DNA of 64,000 nucleotides from Candidatus Enterousia sp. GTDB taxonomy: Bacteria > Pseudomonadota > Alphaproteobacteria > Rs-D84. The notes under the pieces are model-generated. The model was not told the DNA's origin and searched no databases. It saw only the letters and a program-made list of their open reading frames with translations. This document shows, one piece after another, positions 38,271 through 47,354 of this stretch. The first letter of the stretch is position 1; the number at the start of each line of letters is the position of its first letter. Where the stretch lies: the NCBI GenBank assembly GCA_045592905.1, contig JAZNVR010000030.1, positions 6,029-70,028 of the forward strand, read 5' to 3'. A program made the translations under genes and the position numbers.

Positions 38271-40601
38271 ATGAAAAGGAAATTAGTTTTTCTTGTCGCA
38301 CTGTTTATCGGTGTTGGCATTGCCAACGCTGCTGTTCGTGATGAAAAAACAATTGTACGGACTGCAAATTCCACACTGCAAAGAAGTGCAACATCACGAC
38401 AAAACACAACATCATCCCGATCATTAACCAGTCGTGCAAACACAAAAAACACCACCGCCAGGAAATCTGTATCTTCACGTGGGACACAACGTTCTGCCAC
38501 TGCACGCAGTGCCACAACAAAAACCGCGCAACGTCCCAACCGTCAACAAACATCTGTTGGACGCAGTTCTGCAATAAACATGTCAAACATTGTTGCATCC
38601 CCTGTTCGTGGTTTAAGTATTGCACGTGCATCAAACACCCCCAGCACTACAATTGACCCATCAACAACACTGGGTGCGGATTACACAAAATGTCGTGATG
38701 CATACTTTGCATGCATGGATCAATTTTGTGCTGTTGCAGATGAATCTTATCGCAGATGTGCGTGTTCATCACGTCTGACAACGGTTCAATCCCGCGAACG
38801 TGCATTGGTTCAGGCTGCAGAACAACTGACAGATTTCAAAAATCTGAATTTAGAAGTTATTAACAAAAGTTCCGATGAAGTAAAGGCTATGATTTCTGCA
38901 TCTGTGGGTGAATTGGCACAACAAAACGCCAAGGATACATCAGACAGTGCAAAACAATTATCCGGAATAAATGCAGTATTGGAAAAAACAAAACGTGAAT
39001 CTTTGGCAACCCAGGGTTCTTTGGATATTGCTGGCGATATAAATGAAATATGGTCCACCACCGATTTGGCCGGTGGTGTAAACATATCAAACCTGACGGG
39101 GGAAGCGTTATATAACGCAGTCCACGCCCAATGTGCAGAAATGGTGGATTCAATATGCCCCAGCACAGATGTACGTACAATGATTGTATCTGCGTACGGT
39201 ATGTATATTGAAAATGATTGTTCGTTAATATTAACCGGTCTGGATAAAAAATTAACTGCTGCCAATGCCACAATACGTGATGCGGAATACGAAATGGGCG
39301 ACAGACGACTGGAAAACTATAACGCCCACAATTCAACATCCATTAACGACTGTATTGCCAGGGTACGCATGGACATCACCGCAGATACCGCATGTGGCAA
39401 AGATTATGTTCATTGCTTGGATGTAACCGGTCGCTATCTAAACTATGATACAGGCGAACCAATTTATTCCGCTGAATTTTTCCAACTAAATACACTGACA
39501 TCATTATCCGGTGATTTATTAAAAAATCAAACAAATCGCTTGTTTATTGAACGCTTGAACAGTATGCGTCAATACGCACAAGGCAGTCTGGATACATGTC
39601 GTGATATTGCAGATGATGTATGGGATGAATTTATGCGTCAATCAATCACAGAAATTCACCAAGGACAACAAGAACGAATACGAATGGTCAAAGAAGAATG
39701 TTTAGATGTTGTAAATACATGCTATGACGAACAAAATCAAACATTAAAAGATTTTAGTAACACAGATGAAGCGTTATTATTGGGATCACGATTGGAATTA
39801 TCCGAACAATTATGCAAGGAAAAAATGAACACATGCAGTAATTTATATGGTGGTGGTCCAAACGGTATGGCAGAAATGTTAACCGCAATGCATGACATTG
39901 TCAGTCAACAAATCGCCCAACAATGTTTAATTGCACTGCAAGATTATTCTAAAAAATTATGTGCTGTATCTGGAAAAGATACATTGCATGCATACCCATA
40001 TGGCTGTCGTGCATACACACCTGGGACCCAGGAATATGCGATTAAACCAGAATGTAATAATGCCACCGCAACATCAACCGGTAAGGTTCTGACCAATAAG
40101 GTACAGCGATACACAACCGGCAGTTGTGGGAAACATTATACCTACTGTAACCCTGGATATTATATGGTACAAACAAATAATACGTATACACTGAATTCCG
40201 ACCGAGGAGAAGAGCATGCTAACACCTGCTTAAAATGTCCAGAAAACCATTACTGTAAAGGAGGAGGAACCATTGATGGCACCAAACCACAACTACTTGA
40301 CTGTGGTGCTGATTACGTTGGCAGTTTATATTATAAATTAGCAAATTATGCAAACGAAGTATGTGTCCGCCCATCCAAGGCAGATGAACCATTACCGCAC
40401 GCTGTATTACAAGATATAAACGTTGTAATGGATCAAATACGTGCAGATATGTCTGTTGAATTGGCCAAAGAATGCGAGCGTCTGGGTGGCAAATGGGTAA
40501 CAAACGCATTAAATGAAAATGATACAACAATAAAAACACGACATGCATTCTATTCTGCAACTGGTGCCAATACCCAATGGGGATACTGTGCATATCAATA
40601 A
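38271..40601 (+). CDS. Secreted Cys-rich protein (776 aa), CxDAYxxCMDxFC-head family, with a basic Arg/Ser/Thr-rich N-terminal tract and a eukaryote-like CxxCPxxxYC C-terminal region
   Basis: Signal peptide MKRKLVFLVALFIGVGIANA, R/S/T tract (RSATSRQNTTSSRSLTSRANTKNTTARKSVSSRGTQRSATARS...), head KCRDAYFACMDQFCAVADE, unit ADTACGKDYVHC, and late motifs CNPGYYM...TCLKCPENHYCKGGG and ECERLGGKW. Confidence 0.7.
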   Translation: MKRKLVFLVALFIGVGIANAAVRDEKTIVRTANSTLQRSATSRQNTTSSRSLTSRANTKNTTARKSVSSRGTQRSATARSATTKTAQRPNRQQTSVGRSSAINMSNIVASPVRGLSIARASNTPSTTIDPSTTLGADYTKCRDAYFACMDQFCAVADESYRRCACSSRLTTVQSRERALVQAAEQLTDFKNLNLEVINKSSDEVKAMISASVGELAQQNAKDTSDSAKQLSGINAVLEKTKRESLATQGSLDIAGDINEIWSTTDLAGGVNISNLTGEALYNAVHAQCAEMVDSICPSTDVRTMIVSAYGMYIENDCSLILTGLDKKLTAANATIRDAEYEMGDRRLENYNAHNSTSINDCIARVRMDITADTACGKDYVHCLDVTGRYLNYDTGEPIYSAEFFQLNTLTSLSGDLLKNQTNRLFIERLNSMRQYAQGSLDTCRDIADDVWDEFMRQSITEIHQGQQERIRMVKEECLDVVNTCYDEQNQTLKDFSNTDEALLLGSRLELSEQLCKEKMNTCSNLYGGGPNGMAEMLTAMHDIVSQQIAQQCLIALQDYSKKLCAVSGKDTLHAYPYGCRAYTPGTQEYAIKPECNNATATSTGKVLTNKVQRYTTGSCGKHYTYCNPGYYMVQTNNTYTLNSDRGEEHANTCLKCPENHYCKGGGTIDGTKPQLLDCGADYVGSLYYKLANYANEVCVRPSKADEPLPHAVLQDINVVMDQIRADMSVELAKECERLGGKWVTNALNENDTTIKTRHAFYSATGANTQWGYCAYQ

Positions 40602-40658
40602 ACAAACTTGTTACATTTCATAAAATGTGATAAAATGATAAAACAAGAGAAGATAACA

Positions 40659-41369
40659 ATGACAAAAATAATTTTATCATCTTTGTTGGCATTTGCTTGC
40701 GTAAACACAGCAATTGCAAATATTGCATGGTGGGACCAGATTACAATTTGCCGTATAGATACGACAAAATGTTATACCACAATGGGTGCCGGATTTGACC
40801 CAGATATATGGGATACAGATGCAGGTTGTCGTGGCATGAAATATATTTGCCCAGAAGCATTGATAAAAAATACAATTCATCCAGAATTAATTGGCAAAAA
40901 ACAATTAACAGATAAAAAAATAATAAAATCCGATTACAATACAGATTTACTATCAGAAACAGGTGATTGTTTTGGCCGTCGCACATCAAATGATACAGGT
41001 TCCCAGGTTTTGGTTAATGGCAAATATGTAAACGTGTATTGTCATGGCGTATTAAGCAAGTCAGACGAAATTCTTGATAATGGTGAAATTGTATATGACA
41101 CGCAACCAACATGCGAAACATTAAAACAGAATGAATACATTGCTGCAGACAATGGAAAGTGTTATGGCAAATATCTTGATTCATCAAAATATCATATTGA
41201 ATGCAGTGATGATTTAAATGATTTGTTACCAGAACGTATCATTGTCTTGAACGGTGCGGACTTAATCCCCGCAACCAACAATCCCATCAGCAGCAAGGAT
41301 GCAGATAAATTATTCAAAAAAATGCAATCTGTATCTAAAAAACAAAAAGAGCAATATTTCAAAAAATAA
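40659..41369 (+). CDS. Secreted Cys-containing protein (236 aa)
   Basis: The ATG at 40659 gives the signal peptide MTKIILSSLLAFACVNTAIA. The mature part contains multiple Cys. It is co-directional with 38271-40601 and a terminator follows. Confidence 0.55.
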   Translation: MTKIILSSLLAFACVNTAIANIAWWDQITICRIDTTKCYTTMGAGFDPDIWDTDAGCRGMKYICPEALIKNTIHPELIGKKQLTDKKIIKSDYNTDLLSETGDCFGRRTSNDTGSQVLVNGKYVNVYCHGVLSKSDEILDNGEIVYDTQPTCETLKQNEYIAADNGKCYGKYLDSSKYHIECSDDLNDLLPERIIVLNGADLIPATNNPISSKDADKLFKKMQSVSKKQKEQYFKK

Positions 41370-41393
41370 AAAACCGGTAAAACCGGTTTTTTT
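41368..41393. terminator. Bidirectional intrinsic terminator
   Basis: The sequence aaaaaa-ccggt-aaa-accgg-ttttttt. Confidence 0.7.
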
Positions 41394-41838
41394 AATTTCT
41401 GGCTTTTTGTTTCAATTCATTAATATAAGAACATATATCATCATTTCTTATAAAAGATTTTGCACGTAATTCATTTACCTTGGATGTAAAGCACCATGCA
41501 CGTGGATTAGCCTTGATATTTTTAACACGTGTACGTAAAGCCTTTTCTGGCGTACCATAAAAACGGCTGTAATGTGAACTTGGGTTTATGCCATTTGTAC
41601 GTAATATATATTTAACCAATCGCATGTCTTCTTCAGATTGTGTAAAACAATAAAAATATTCCTTGCTATTTCTGGCATACGTAAAAAATGCACGATATGA
41701 TGTTAAATATAATAATGCCTTGGCATCCATCTCTGGGTTTGTAGATTCAGGAACATAAAATTTATTCTGAAACGTTGGTACCAAATTTTTTACATAATCA
41801 ACAACAGTATGAAACTTACTACTTAATTTATTATTCAT
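41392..41838 (-). CDS. Hypothetical cytoplasmic protein (148 aa)
   Basis: ATG at 41838 with an AAAGGG RBS and no signal peptide. I recognise no family. Confidence 0.45.
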   Translation of the reverse strand: MNNKLSSKFHTVVDYVKNLVPTFQNKFYVPESTNPEMDAKALLYLTSYRAFFTYARNSKEYFYCFTQSEEDMRLVKYILRTNGINPSSHYSRFYGTPEKALRTRVKNIKANPRAWCFTSKVNELRAKSFIRNDDICSYINELKQKARN

Positions 41839-41898
41839 CAAAAATACCCTTTATGTTTGACAAAATACTAATTTACAAAACACTATTTGTCAAGAATA

Positions 41899-44800
41899 TT
41901 ATATTCCCAATGAATGTGTCAACTTTATCATAAACACAGATTCATCACCAAAATAATCTGTATTATTTGGATTTTGACGATAAATAAATCCGATTGCACC
42001 ATTTGTAAATTCACCAAAATTATGACGATATGTTGCACCAAAACGTATTTCACGCTGTTCAGATGCCAATGATAAATCTGCAACATGTGCATCTATAACA
42101 TTCAGATTATATATACCGTTACCATTATCTGTAACATCATACTTTGCATACGAATAACGTAATACACCATCTGTTATCGCCAATGGCTGTGAAATACTGA
42201 AATCAAAGTTCCCCACCGTCAAACCAATACCAAATGCATTTGATTTTATTTCAGATAACCCCAGCACAAAATCACCAGACGCATCAGATACAGTATTGGC
42301 AAATGTTGCACGCATTGTTAATTCTATAAATTCAGAAAAATCATATTTTGCTTCTATATCTGTGTATATTGTTTGCCCTGCCCCAAAATTCAACAATCCA
42401 TCAGAATATGCACCTAATAATGTATTTGATTCTTGGACAACACCCACAGATGTATTTAAATCCAAACCATTTTTATTCCAAGAAATACCTGTTTCTAAAC
42501 CATGTGCCAACCCTAATTTTGCAGGCATATATTGTGCCGCAATCGTTGGGTCATTTTCCAACAATCCTTCGTCCGTAATTGCCCCAGATATTGCACGACC
42601 AGAAAAACCCCAGTTACCAATTTGATATTTAACATCTGTTGTTACGGCATTTGAAATCAATCCCATAATTGGATTGTGTAATCCAGAAAATCTAGAACTG
42701 CCATCTGTTAAATAACGTTGATACGTTGCACCAAAATTCCAATTTCCAGAATCATATGATAAACTTAAATTATCTAACCCACCCATATAATCAATGTATT
42801 CACGTGATGAAATCGCCATCGCAAAGTCTAAATTACCAATTTTTACAGATTGTTTATCATTACGTACAGTCTTTAAATCCCCCAATATATCACCCATATA
42901 TAACGCACTGGCATCTGATGCACCCAACGCAAATTCATTTTCCCAAACACGTGGCAAAGACATCTGACCATCAACACTGTGCAGAACATCAAAGAACGGT
43001 GCACTGATTGACGCACCACGCAAATTTAACGTTGCAGATGGCTTGAACACAGTATCAGATGCTGCACGCCAATAAGAATTACCATCCGCAGATACAATCT
43101 TGTTTTTATTACCATTATAATAGTATATAGAATGTCCAGGTGTCATTGCACGTTCCAAATTAATCAATCCATAACCATACACCTGTGCAAACGCATCCAA
43201 ATATTTATCAACACTTAACGTGTTTGCAAAATATTCTGGTGGCAATGCATATTTCTGCTTTAAATATGTAACCAATGTATCCTTGGTAAACGCATTCCCC
43301 GCAGCATCAGTTGCCAGCAAATAACCATCAGACGTCAACGCCAATAACTGAAATATTTCATTATTAGTCATGTATCCAAACGCCCCCTTGACAGCAGCCA
43401 CAGCACCTGCGGCTGATGCGGTTGCCATTTCTGCTGTTGGACCAGCAGCAGCAAAACACCATGGATCAACATTTCCGCCACCAACACCAGAAATACCACA
43501 TTGACGAGATGAATACGTAACCCCATCTTTTTTATACAAAGACAGATACAGCGGTCCATACTTTGTACCAAATCCATCACCATAACCAACAATCGTAGAT
43601 GCTTCTGTCGTACCTTTTGAACCGCTATGTTGTACTGCAACGACTGTCATAAAATTATGATTCAGATTATCATATCCATCAACCAACGGTGCGTAATTTT
43701 CAAACGTTGCATCTAAAACACTGGTGGACATGCCGTCCCCTGTACCAAACTTGAAATCGCCTGCTGGCATAACCAACATTGGCACCCCAGATGCCGCACT
43801 GGCTGGTCCATATCCACCAAACAACGCACTGGCATATGCCCCCTGGGCCAAGGACAGACCTGTATCAGTATTATTCGTATAATATTCATTAATCAAATTA
43901 ACATACGCAGAACTGTCTTTCAAATTATTAAGTCCTGCATATCCCAGCACGCCAGAAATTTGCGTATAGTTTGCATTTTTTGACGCTTCCAGCACAGATA
44001 CATTTGCAATAACATCACTGCCGGTTGATTGATACGCATATCTAAGTGCCTCAAAATTTCTGAACGCTGCATCCTGCAATGTTTTTGCGTTATACAAATT
44101 ACCATTATTTAGCACATAAACCGCATCAATCGTATTTCCACCACTGGTATTAACATACAACAAACCATCTGTATCTTGATAAATCGCAATATCTGAATCG
44201 GTACATCCATCATCAGCACACTGACCAACCAACATTTGACTATTTGCATCCAGTTTATATGTTGTATCACCAACCGTTACAACAGGTTCTGTTTCAGATG
44301 TTTCATCCAGTGCTAATTTAAGATTATATGTTACACCATTCAAGACAATTACATCCCCAGAACCAATAACATCATTATTATTTGCATCTGACAATGTACC
44401 GACGACAGTACCACTGGTCGGGTTATCTATGTTTACCCACTGTTGACCATTACCTGTTCTAAAAATTCCCAATCGTCCATCTGGTACAAATCCATAAAAA
44501 TCACCATATGGACGTGCGTCTGTTTCACTTTCTGCACCTTCCCAACCTGCGACAAATTTTCCCAATGCACTGTCGTAAACAGACGCAAATGGATTCATTG
44601 CTGTACCGCTGCCAGATAAATCAAAAAAAGTTTTTTCTTCACCCAATGCATTAGTTGCCTGATTCGGATTATCGTAATTCAGATATTTATCAACCAAATA
44701 AGTCTGTGCATCCGCAGCAGCCGACGTAGCATATAAAATTCCATTACCACGTGCAGCCGACCCAGTTGGATTTAATCCATTCGCAGTAACCAGCGACACA

Positions 44801-45639
44801 GACACAGGTTCGCCACCATCAGCACCATTTGCAGACCACAAAGGATTCTTGGTTGTTGCATCACGAAAAATCCCCATACCGGTATACCCATTTGCAAATG
44901 AAGAATAACCATGCATCATTAACAGATAATTTTGCACCTGAAAATTTGTAATTCCATCTACAATATAGTTGTTTTCTGGCTGTGCACTTGGATTAAAATA
45001 ATTGAAATCTAGTTTATGCATCGGATTAGATAACCAGCCTTCTAAATTCTTCTGATATAAATCACTATTAGCATCAACCTTGCCATCCGTCTTGTTTACA
45101 TACACAGGACTGTATGGCACTGTTGTCAACAGACTGCCAGGTCCACTGGTTCCACCATCATTTGGATTATTATCTGGACGACTGCCCCCACCTTGAACAG
45201 CATTATTTTCATTACCTGGGTCAAAAACATCCGTTAACAAAAACAGACCACCTACAACAACAGCGGCACCTGCCGCTGCTAATGTAATATTTTGTGCAGA
45301 CGACAGCCCGCTGAACAATCCGCCAGTTGGCTTGGGCTTTGTCCTGTTATTATAAATCTTGATTTGATTATCGCATTTTGATGCATCTGCACCATACATT
45401 TGCAAAATTTGTGCGGCCCGCACATCATTATTCATCAATGCAGTACAAACAATTGACAGTCCTGTTGCATCAACAAAGTTAATATCAGCACCTGCATTAA
45501 CCAGACTTTGCACCTGTTGTACATCCGCATTCTTGGCCGCAGCCAACAACTGTGCAGCCATTGTAAATTCAGGCGTTGCCCCAAATGACGCAATCGGTGC
45601 AAAAAACAACGAAAACAACAAAATTCTGATAAATTTCAT
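41899..45639 (-). CDS. Large exported protein (1246 aa): signal peptide, ankyrin repeats, hydrophobic Gly/Ala segment, long passenger-like region, and a C-terminal beta-barrel-like (autotransporter-like) domain
   Basis: Signal peptide MKFIRILLFSLFFAPIASFGA. ANK-like sequence LLAAAKNADVQQVQSLVNAGADINFVDATGLSIVCTALMNNDVRAAQILQMYGADA. Hydrophobic segment ITLAAAGAAVVVGGLFLL. The last ~330 aa show an alternating beta-strand pattern but end ...LTHSLGI, with no terminal aromatic residue. Confidence 0.65.
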   Translation of the reverse strand: MKFIRILLFSLFFAPIASFGATPEFTMAAQLLAAAKNADVQQVQSLVNAGADINFVDATGLSIVCTALMNNDVRAAQILQMYGADASKCDNQIKIYNNRTKPKPTGGLFSGLSSAQNITLAAAGAAVVVGGLFLLTDVFDPGNENNAVQGGGSRPDNNPNDGGTSGPGSLLTTVPYSPVYVNKTDGKVDANSDLYQKNLEGWLSNPMHKLDFNYFNPSAQPENNYIVDGITNFQVQNYLLMMHGYSSFANGYTGMGIFRDATTKNPLWSANGADGGEPVSVSLVTANGLNPTGSAARGNGILYATSAAADAQTYLVDKYLNYDNPNQATNALGEEKTFFDLSGSGTAMNPFASVYDSALGKFVAGWEGAESETDARPYGDFYGFVPDGRLGIFRTGNGQQWVNIDNPTSGTVVGTLSDANNNDVIGSGDVIVLNGVTYNLKLALDETSETEPVVTVGDTTYKLDANSQMLVGQCADDGCTDSDIAIYQDTDGLLYVNTSGGNTIDAVYVLNNGNLYNAKTLQDAAFRNFEALRYAYQSTGSDVIANVSVLEASKNANYTQISGVLGYAGLNNLKDSSAYVNLINEYYTNNTDTGLSLAQGAYASALFGGYGPASAASGVPMLVMPAGDFKFGTGDGMSTSVLDATFENYAPLVDGYDNLNHNFMTVVAVQHSGSKGTTEASTIVGYGDGFGTKYGPLYLSLYKKDGVTYSSRQCGISGVGGGNVDPWCFAAAGPTAEMATASAAGAVAAVKGAFGYMTNNEIFQLLALTSDGYLLATDAAGNAFTKDTLVTYLKQKYALPPEYFANTLSVDKYLDAFAQVYGYGLINLERAMTPGHSIYYYNGNKNKIVSADGNSYWRAASDTVFKPSATLNLRGASISAPFFDVLHSVDGQMSLPRVWENEFALGASDASALYMGDILGDLKTVRNDKQSVKIGNLDFAMAISSREYIDYMGGLDNLSLSYDSGNWNFGATYQRYLTDGSSRFSGLHNPIMGLISNAVTTDVKYQIGNWGFSGRAISGAITDEGLLENDPTIAAQYMPAKLGLAHGLETGISWNKNGLDLNTSVGVVQESNTLLGAYSDGLLNFGAGQTIYTDIEAKYDFSEFIELTMRATFANTVSDASGDFVLGLSEIKSNAFGIGLTVGNFDFSISQPLAITDGVLRYSYAKYDVTDNGNGIYNLNVIDAHVADLSLASEQREIRFGATYRHNFGEFTNGAIGFIYRQNPNNTDYFGDESVFMIKLTHSLGI

Positions 45640-45763
45640 ACCTACACTCTTCTAATACAAATAATATCTTATCATAACTAAGATTTATCTGTCTAGATAA
45701 AAAACAAAAAAAATTGGCCTATCAAAATTTGACAGACCAATAACAATATTATTAACCACAGAA

Positions 45764-46336
45764 TTATCTGCAACGGCCATTACCATATGTACAAACATAG
45801 ATACCAGATACCGTAAAACGTTTTGCTGTATCACAAGGTTGTGGTTGTGGCTGTGGTTGTGGCTGTGGATTTTGCACAACATAAACCGTATCATGTACAA
45901 CCTTTGGCTGTGGTTTTGGCTGTGGTTTTGGTTGTGGTTTTGGTTGTGGTTTAACAACTTCTATAACCAAAGTATCCTTGCGTGAATTATTTTCCACAAC
46001 AACATCATTGTTATTTTCAACAACAACTGTATTACCAACTGCAACTTTGCTGTTATTTTTTACACGTGCATTGCCACCAGCAGACACACTGTTTTTATTA
46101 GATACACTGACATCATTGCCAACTGCAACTCTGCTGTTATTTTTTACACGAACATCATTACCAACAACGATATTGTTATTATTTACAACTTCAATTTTTG
46201 GTACCTTTTTTTCGCATGGTTTTTTATTGTCTGATTTACCAGAACACTGTGTAACACCAAACAATGTTGTCAAAACAATCAAAGATCCCGCAGTAAAACA
46301 TAATGCGATATCTCTTACTTTATTATTAGAAGCCAT
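45764..46336 (-). CDS. Membrane-anchored repeat protein (190 aa): 14-aa beta-solenoid-like repeats plus (PQPK)n and (PQ)n tracts
   Basis: N-terminal anchor IALCFTAGSLIVLTTLFGV. Repeats VGNDVRVKNNSRVA / VGNDVSVSNKNSVS / AGGNARVKNNSKVA / VGNTVVVENNNDVV. Tracts PQPKPQPKPQPKPQPK and PQPQPQPQPQPQP. RBS AAAAGGGG. Confidence 0.6.
   Translation of the reverse strand: MASNNKVRDIALCFTAGSLIVLTTLFGVTQCSGKSDNKKPCEKKVPKIEVVNNNNIVVGNDVRVKNNSRVAVGNDVSVSNKNSVSAGGNARVKNNSKVAVGNTVVVENNNDVVVENNSRKDTLVIEVVKPQPKPQPKPQPKPQPKVVHDTVYVVQNPQPQPQPQPQPCDTAKRFTVSGIYVCTYGNGRCR
45836..45951 (-). repeat. Short tandem coding repeats (6-bp PQ and 12-bp PQPK units)
   Basis: The + strand shows ggttgtggttgtggctgtggttgtggctgtgg at 45836-45869 and ggctgtggttttggctgtggttttggttgtggttttggttgtggttt at 45905-45951. 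Confidence 0.85.
45976..46168 (-). repeat. Periodic coding repeat (14-aa units; 32-bp near-identical block repeated at an 84-bp offset)
   Basis: The block ccaactgcaact(t/c)tgctgttattttttacacg occurs at ~46034 and ~46118. Confidence 0.75.
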
Positions 46337-46434
46337 TTATATCCCCTTTTTTATCTGTTTATTTAACTACTTACGCAAATAATATAGACAAATAATATCA
46401 TTTTGTCAAGTGATATATAAAAATATTTTTTTCT

Positions 46435-46464
46435 TTGCTATGTTTACGCCATTTGTGTTATAAT
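46435..46464 (+). promoter_or_regulatory. Sigma70 promoter with extended -10 (TTGCTA-18-TGtTATAAT) for the four-gene Cys-rich operon
   Basis: TTGCTA at 46435-40, TG at 46456-57 and TATAAT at 46459-64. It shares the string tgtgttataat with the promoter at 25128-38. Confidence 0.5.
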
Positions 46465-46483
46465 GCACCAATAAAGAGAGAAT

Positions 46484-47344
46484 ATGAAAAACACGATTTT
46501 AATTTTATCGGCATTATTTATGATAACGCCTGCTGCTGATGCAGCGTCTAAGTGTTCACGTGCGAATTTAACCCGTTGTTTAGATTCTGCATGTGCAATA
46601 AACATATCATCAAATCCATCTGCCCGATGTCAATACTGTGGTTCGGCCAGTGCTGGCATACCGAATGAAAAGAATGCAATGCGTGCAGTTGCGGCTGGTG
46701 CGTCTGCAAAATATAACATTTCTGACAAGGATTTAAAAAAAGCACCAACAGATCCTGGCGAACGATACATGTGGGCAACTGCGAAATGCATTGGCAAGGT
46801 TGCTGGATGTACTGCTGATGATGTAACAGATGTGTATGACCCATTAATTGAACAATCATGCAAGGCTGCGGGCATATCTGCAAAAATGGAAAGATTACAG
46901 GCAGATGCCAGAAAAACAAAAACCCAAACGGAATGCGAATCGGAAATAACATCATGCTTATTGGATTCTAAGTATTGCAATCCAGACTATCGCAATTGTG
47001 AAGCAAATGAAAATTTTGATAAATTTTTTGCTGCATGCGGTGTTGAATCAACGGGGTGCGATGAATTTGTATCTGGAATTCGTGAAAAATTGTTAAGTGC
47101 ACGTGATTCTGCGATTAAGAACGCAGATGAGGCGTTGGCTAAGATAGTTGCCACGTACCAAAACACACGTGAAAAGAAGTTGGCTGATATCAAAAGCGGT
47201 TGTACAGACGACAAAGAATTTACCAACTGCGTTGAAACCGTATGCGACAGAAACATGCCAAACAAATGTGCAGAAAATTCAGAAAAGGTTTCTGCAGGTT
47301 TACTATGCCAGTTTTATAAAACTGCATGCAAAACACTAAGATAA
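46484..47344 (+). CDS. Secreted Cys-rich helical protein (286 aa), first gene of a four-gene operon
   Basis: Signal peptide MKNTILILSALFMITPAADA. I count 20 Cys by hand. Motifs KCSRANLTRCLDSAC, SCLLDSKYCNPDYRNC and NCVETVCDRNMPNKC. Confidence 0.65.
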   Translation: MKNTILILSALFMITPAADAASKCSRANLTRCLDSACAINISSNPSARCQYCGSASAGIPNEKNAMRAVAAGASAKYNISDKDLKKAPTDPGERYMWATAKCIGKVAGCTADDVTDVYDPLIEQSCKAAGISAKMERLQADARKTKTQTECESEITSCLLDSKYCNPDYRNCEANENFDKFFAACGVESTGCDEFVSGIREKLLSARDSAIKNADEALAKIVATYQNTREKKLADIKSGCTDDKEFTNCVETVCDRNMPNKCAENSEKVSAGLLCQFYKTACKTLR

Positions 47345-47354
47345 TGGAACAAAT

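Noticed and set aside
38210-38634. Two 109-aa minus-strand ORFs overlapping the start of 38271-40601
   Set aside because: They mirror frames of the Arg/Ser/Thr-rich tract of the sense gene. They have no RBS, and the sense gene has a signal peptide and family motifs.
42296-43640. Multiple 76-109 aa ORFs on both strands inside the 1246-aa gene (and similar ones inside parC, clpB and the autotransporter)
   Set aside because: These are nested in or antisense to long, well-supported genes. They have no independent start signals.
41899-45639. Calling the 1246-aa protein a subtilisin (S8) autotransporter protease
   Set aside because: I could not find a convincing Asp/His/Ser triad. The Ser-motif-like stretch lacks the catalytic Ser, so I annotated it only by architecture.
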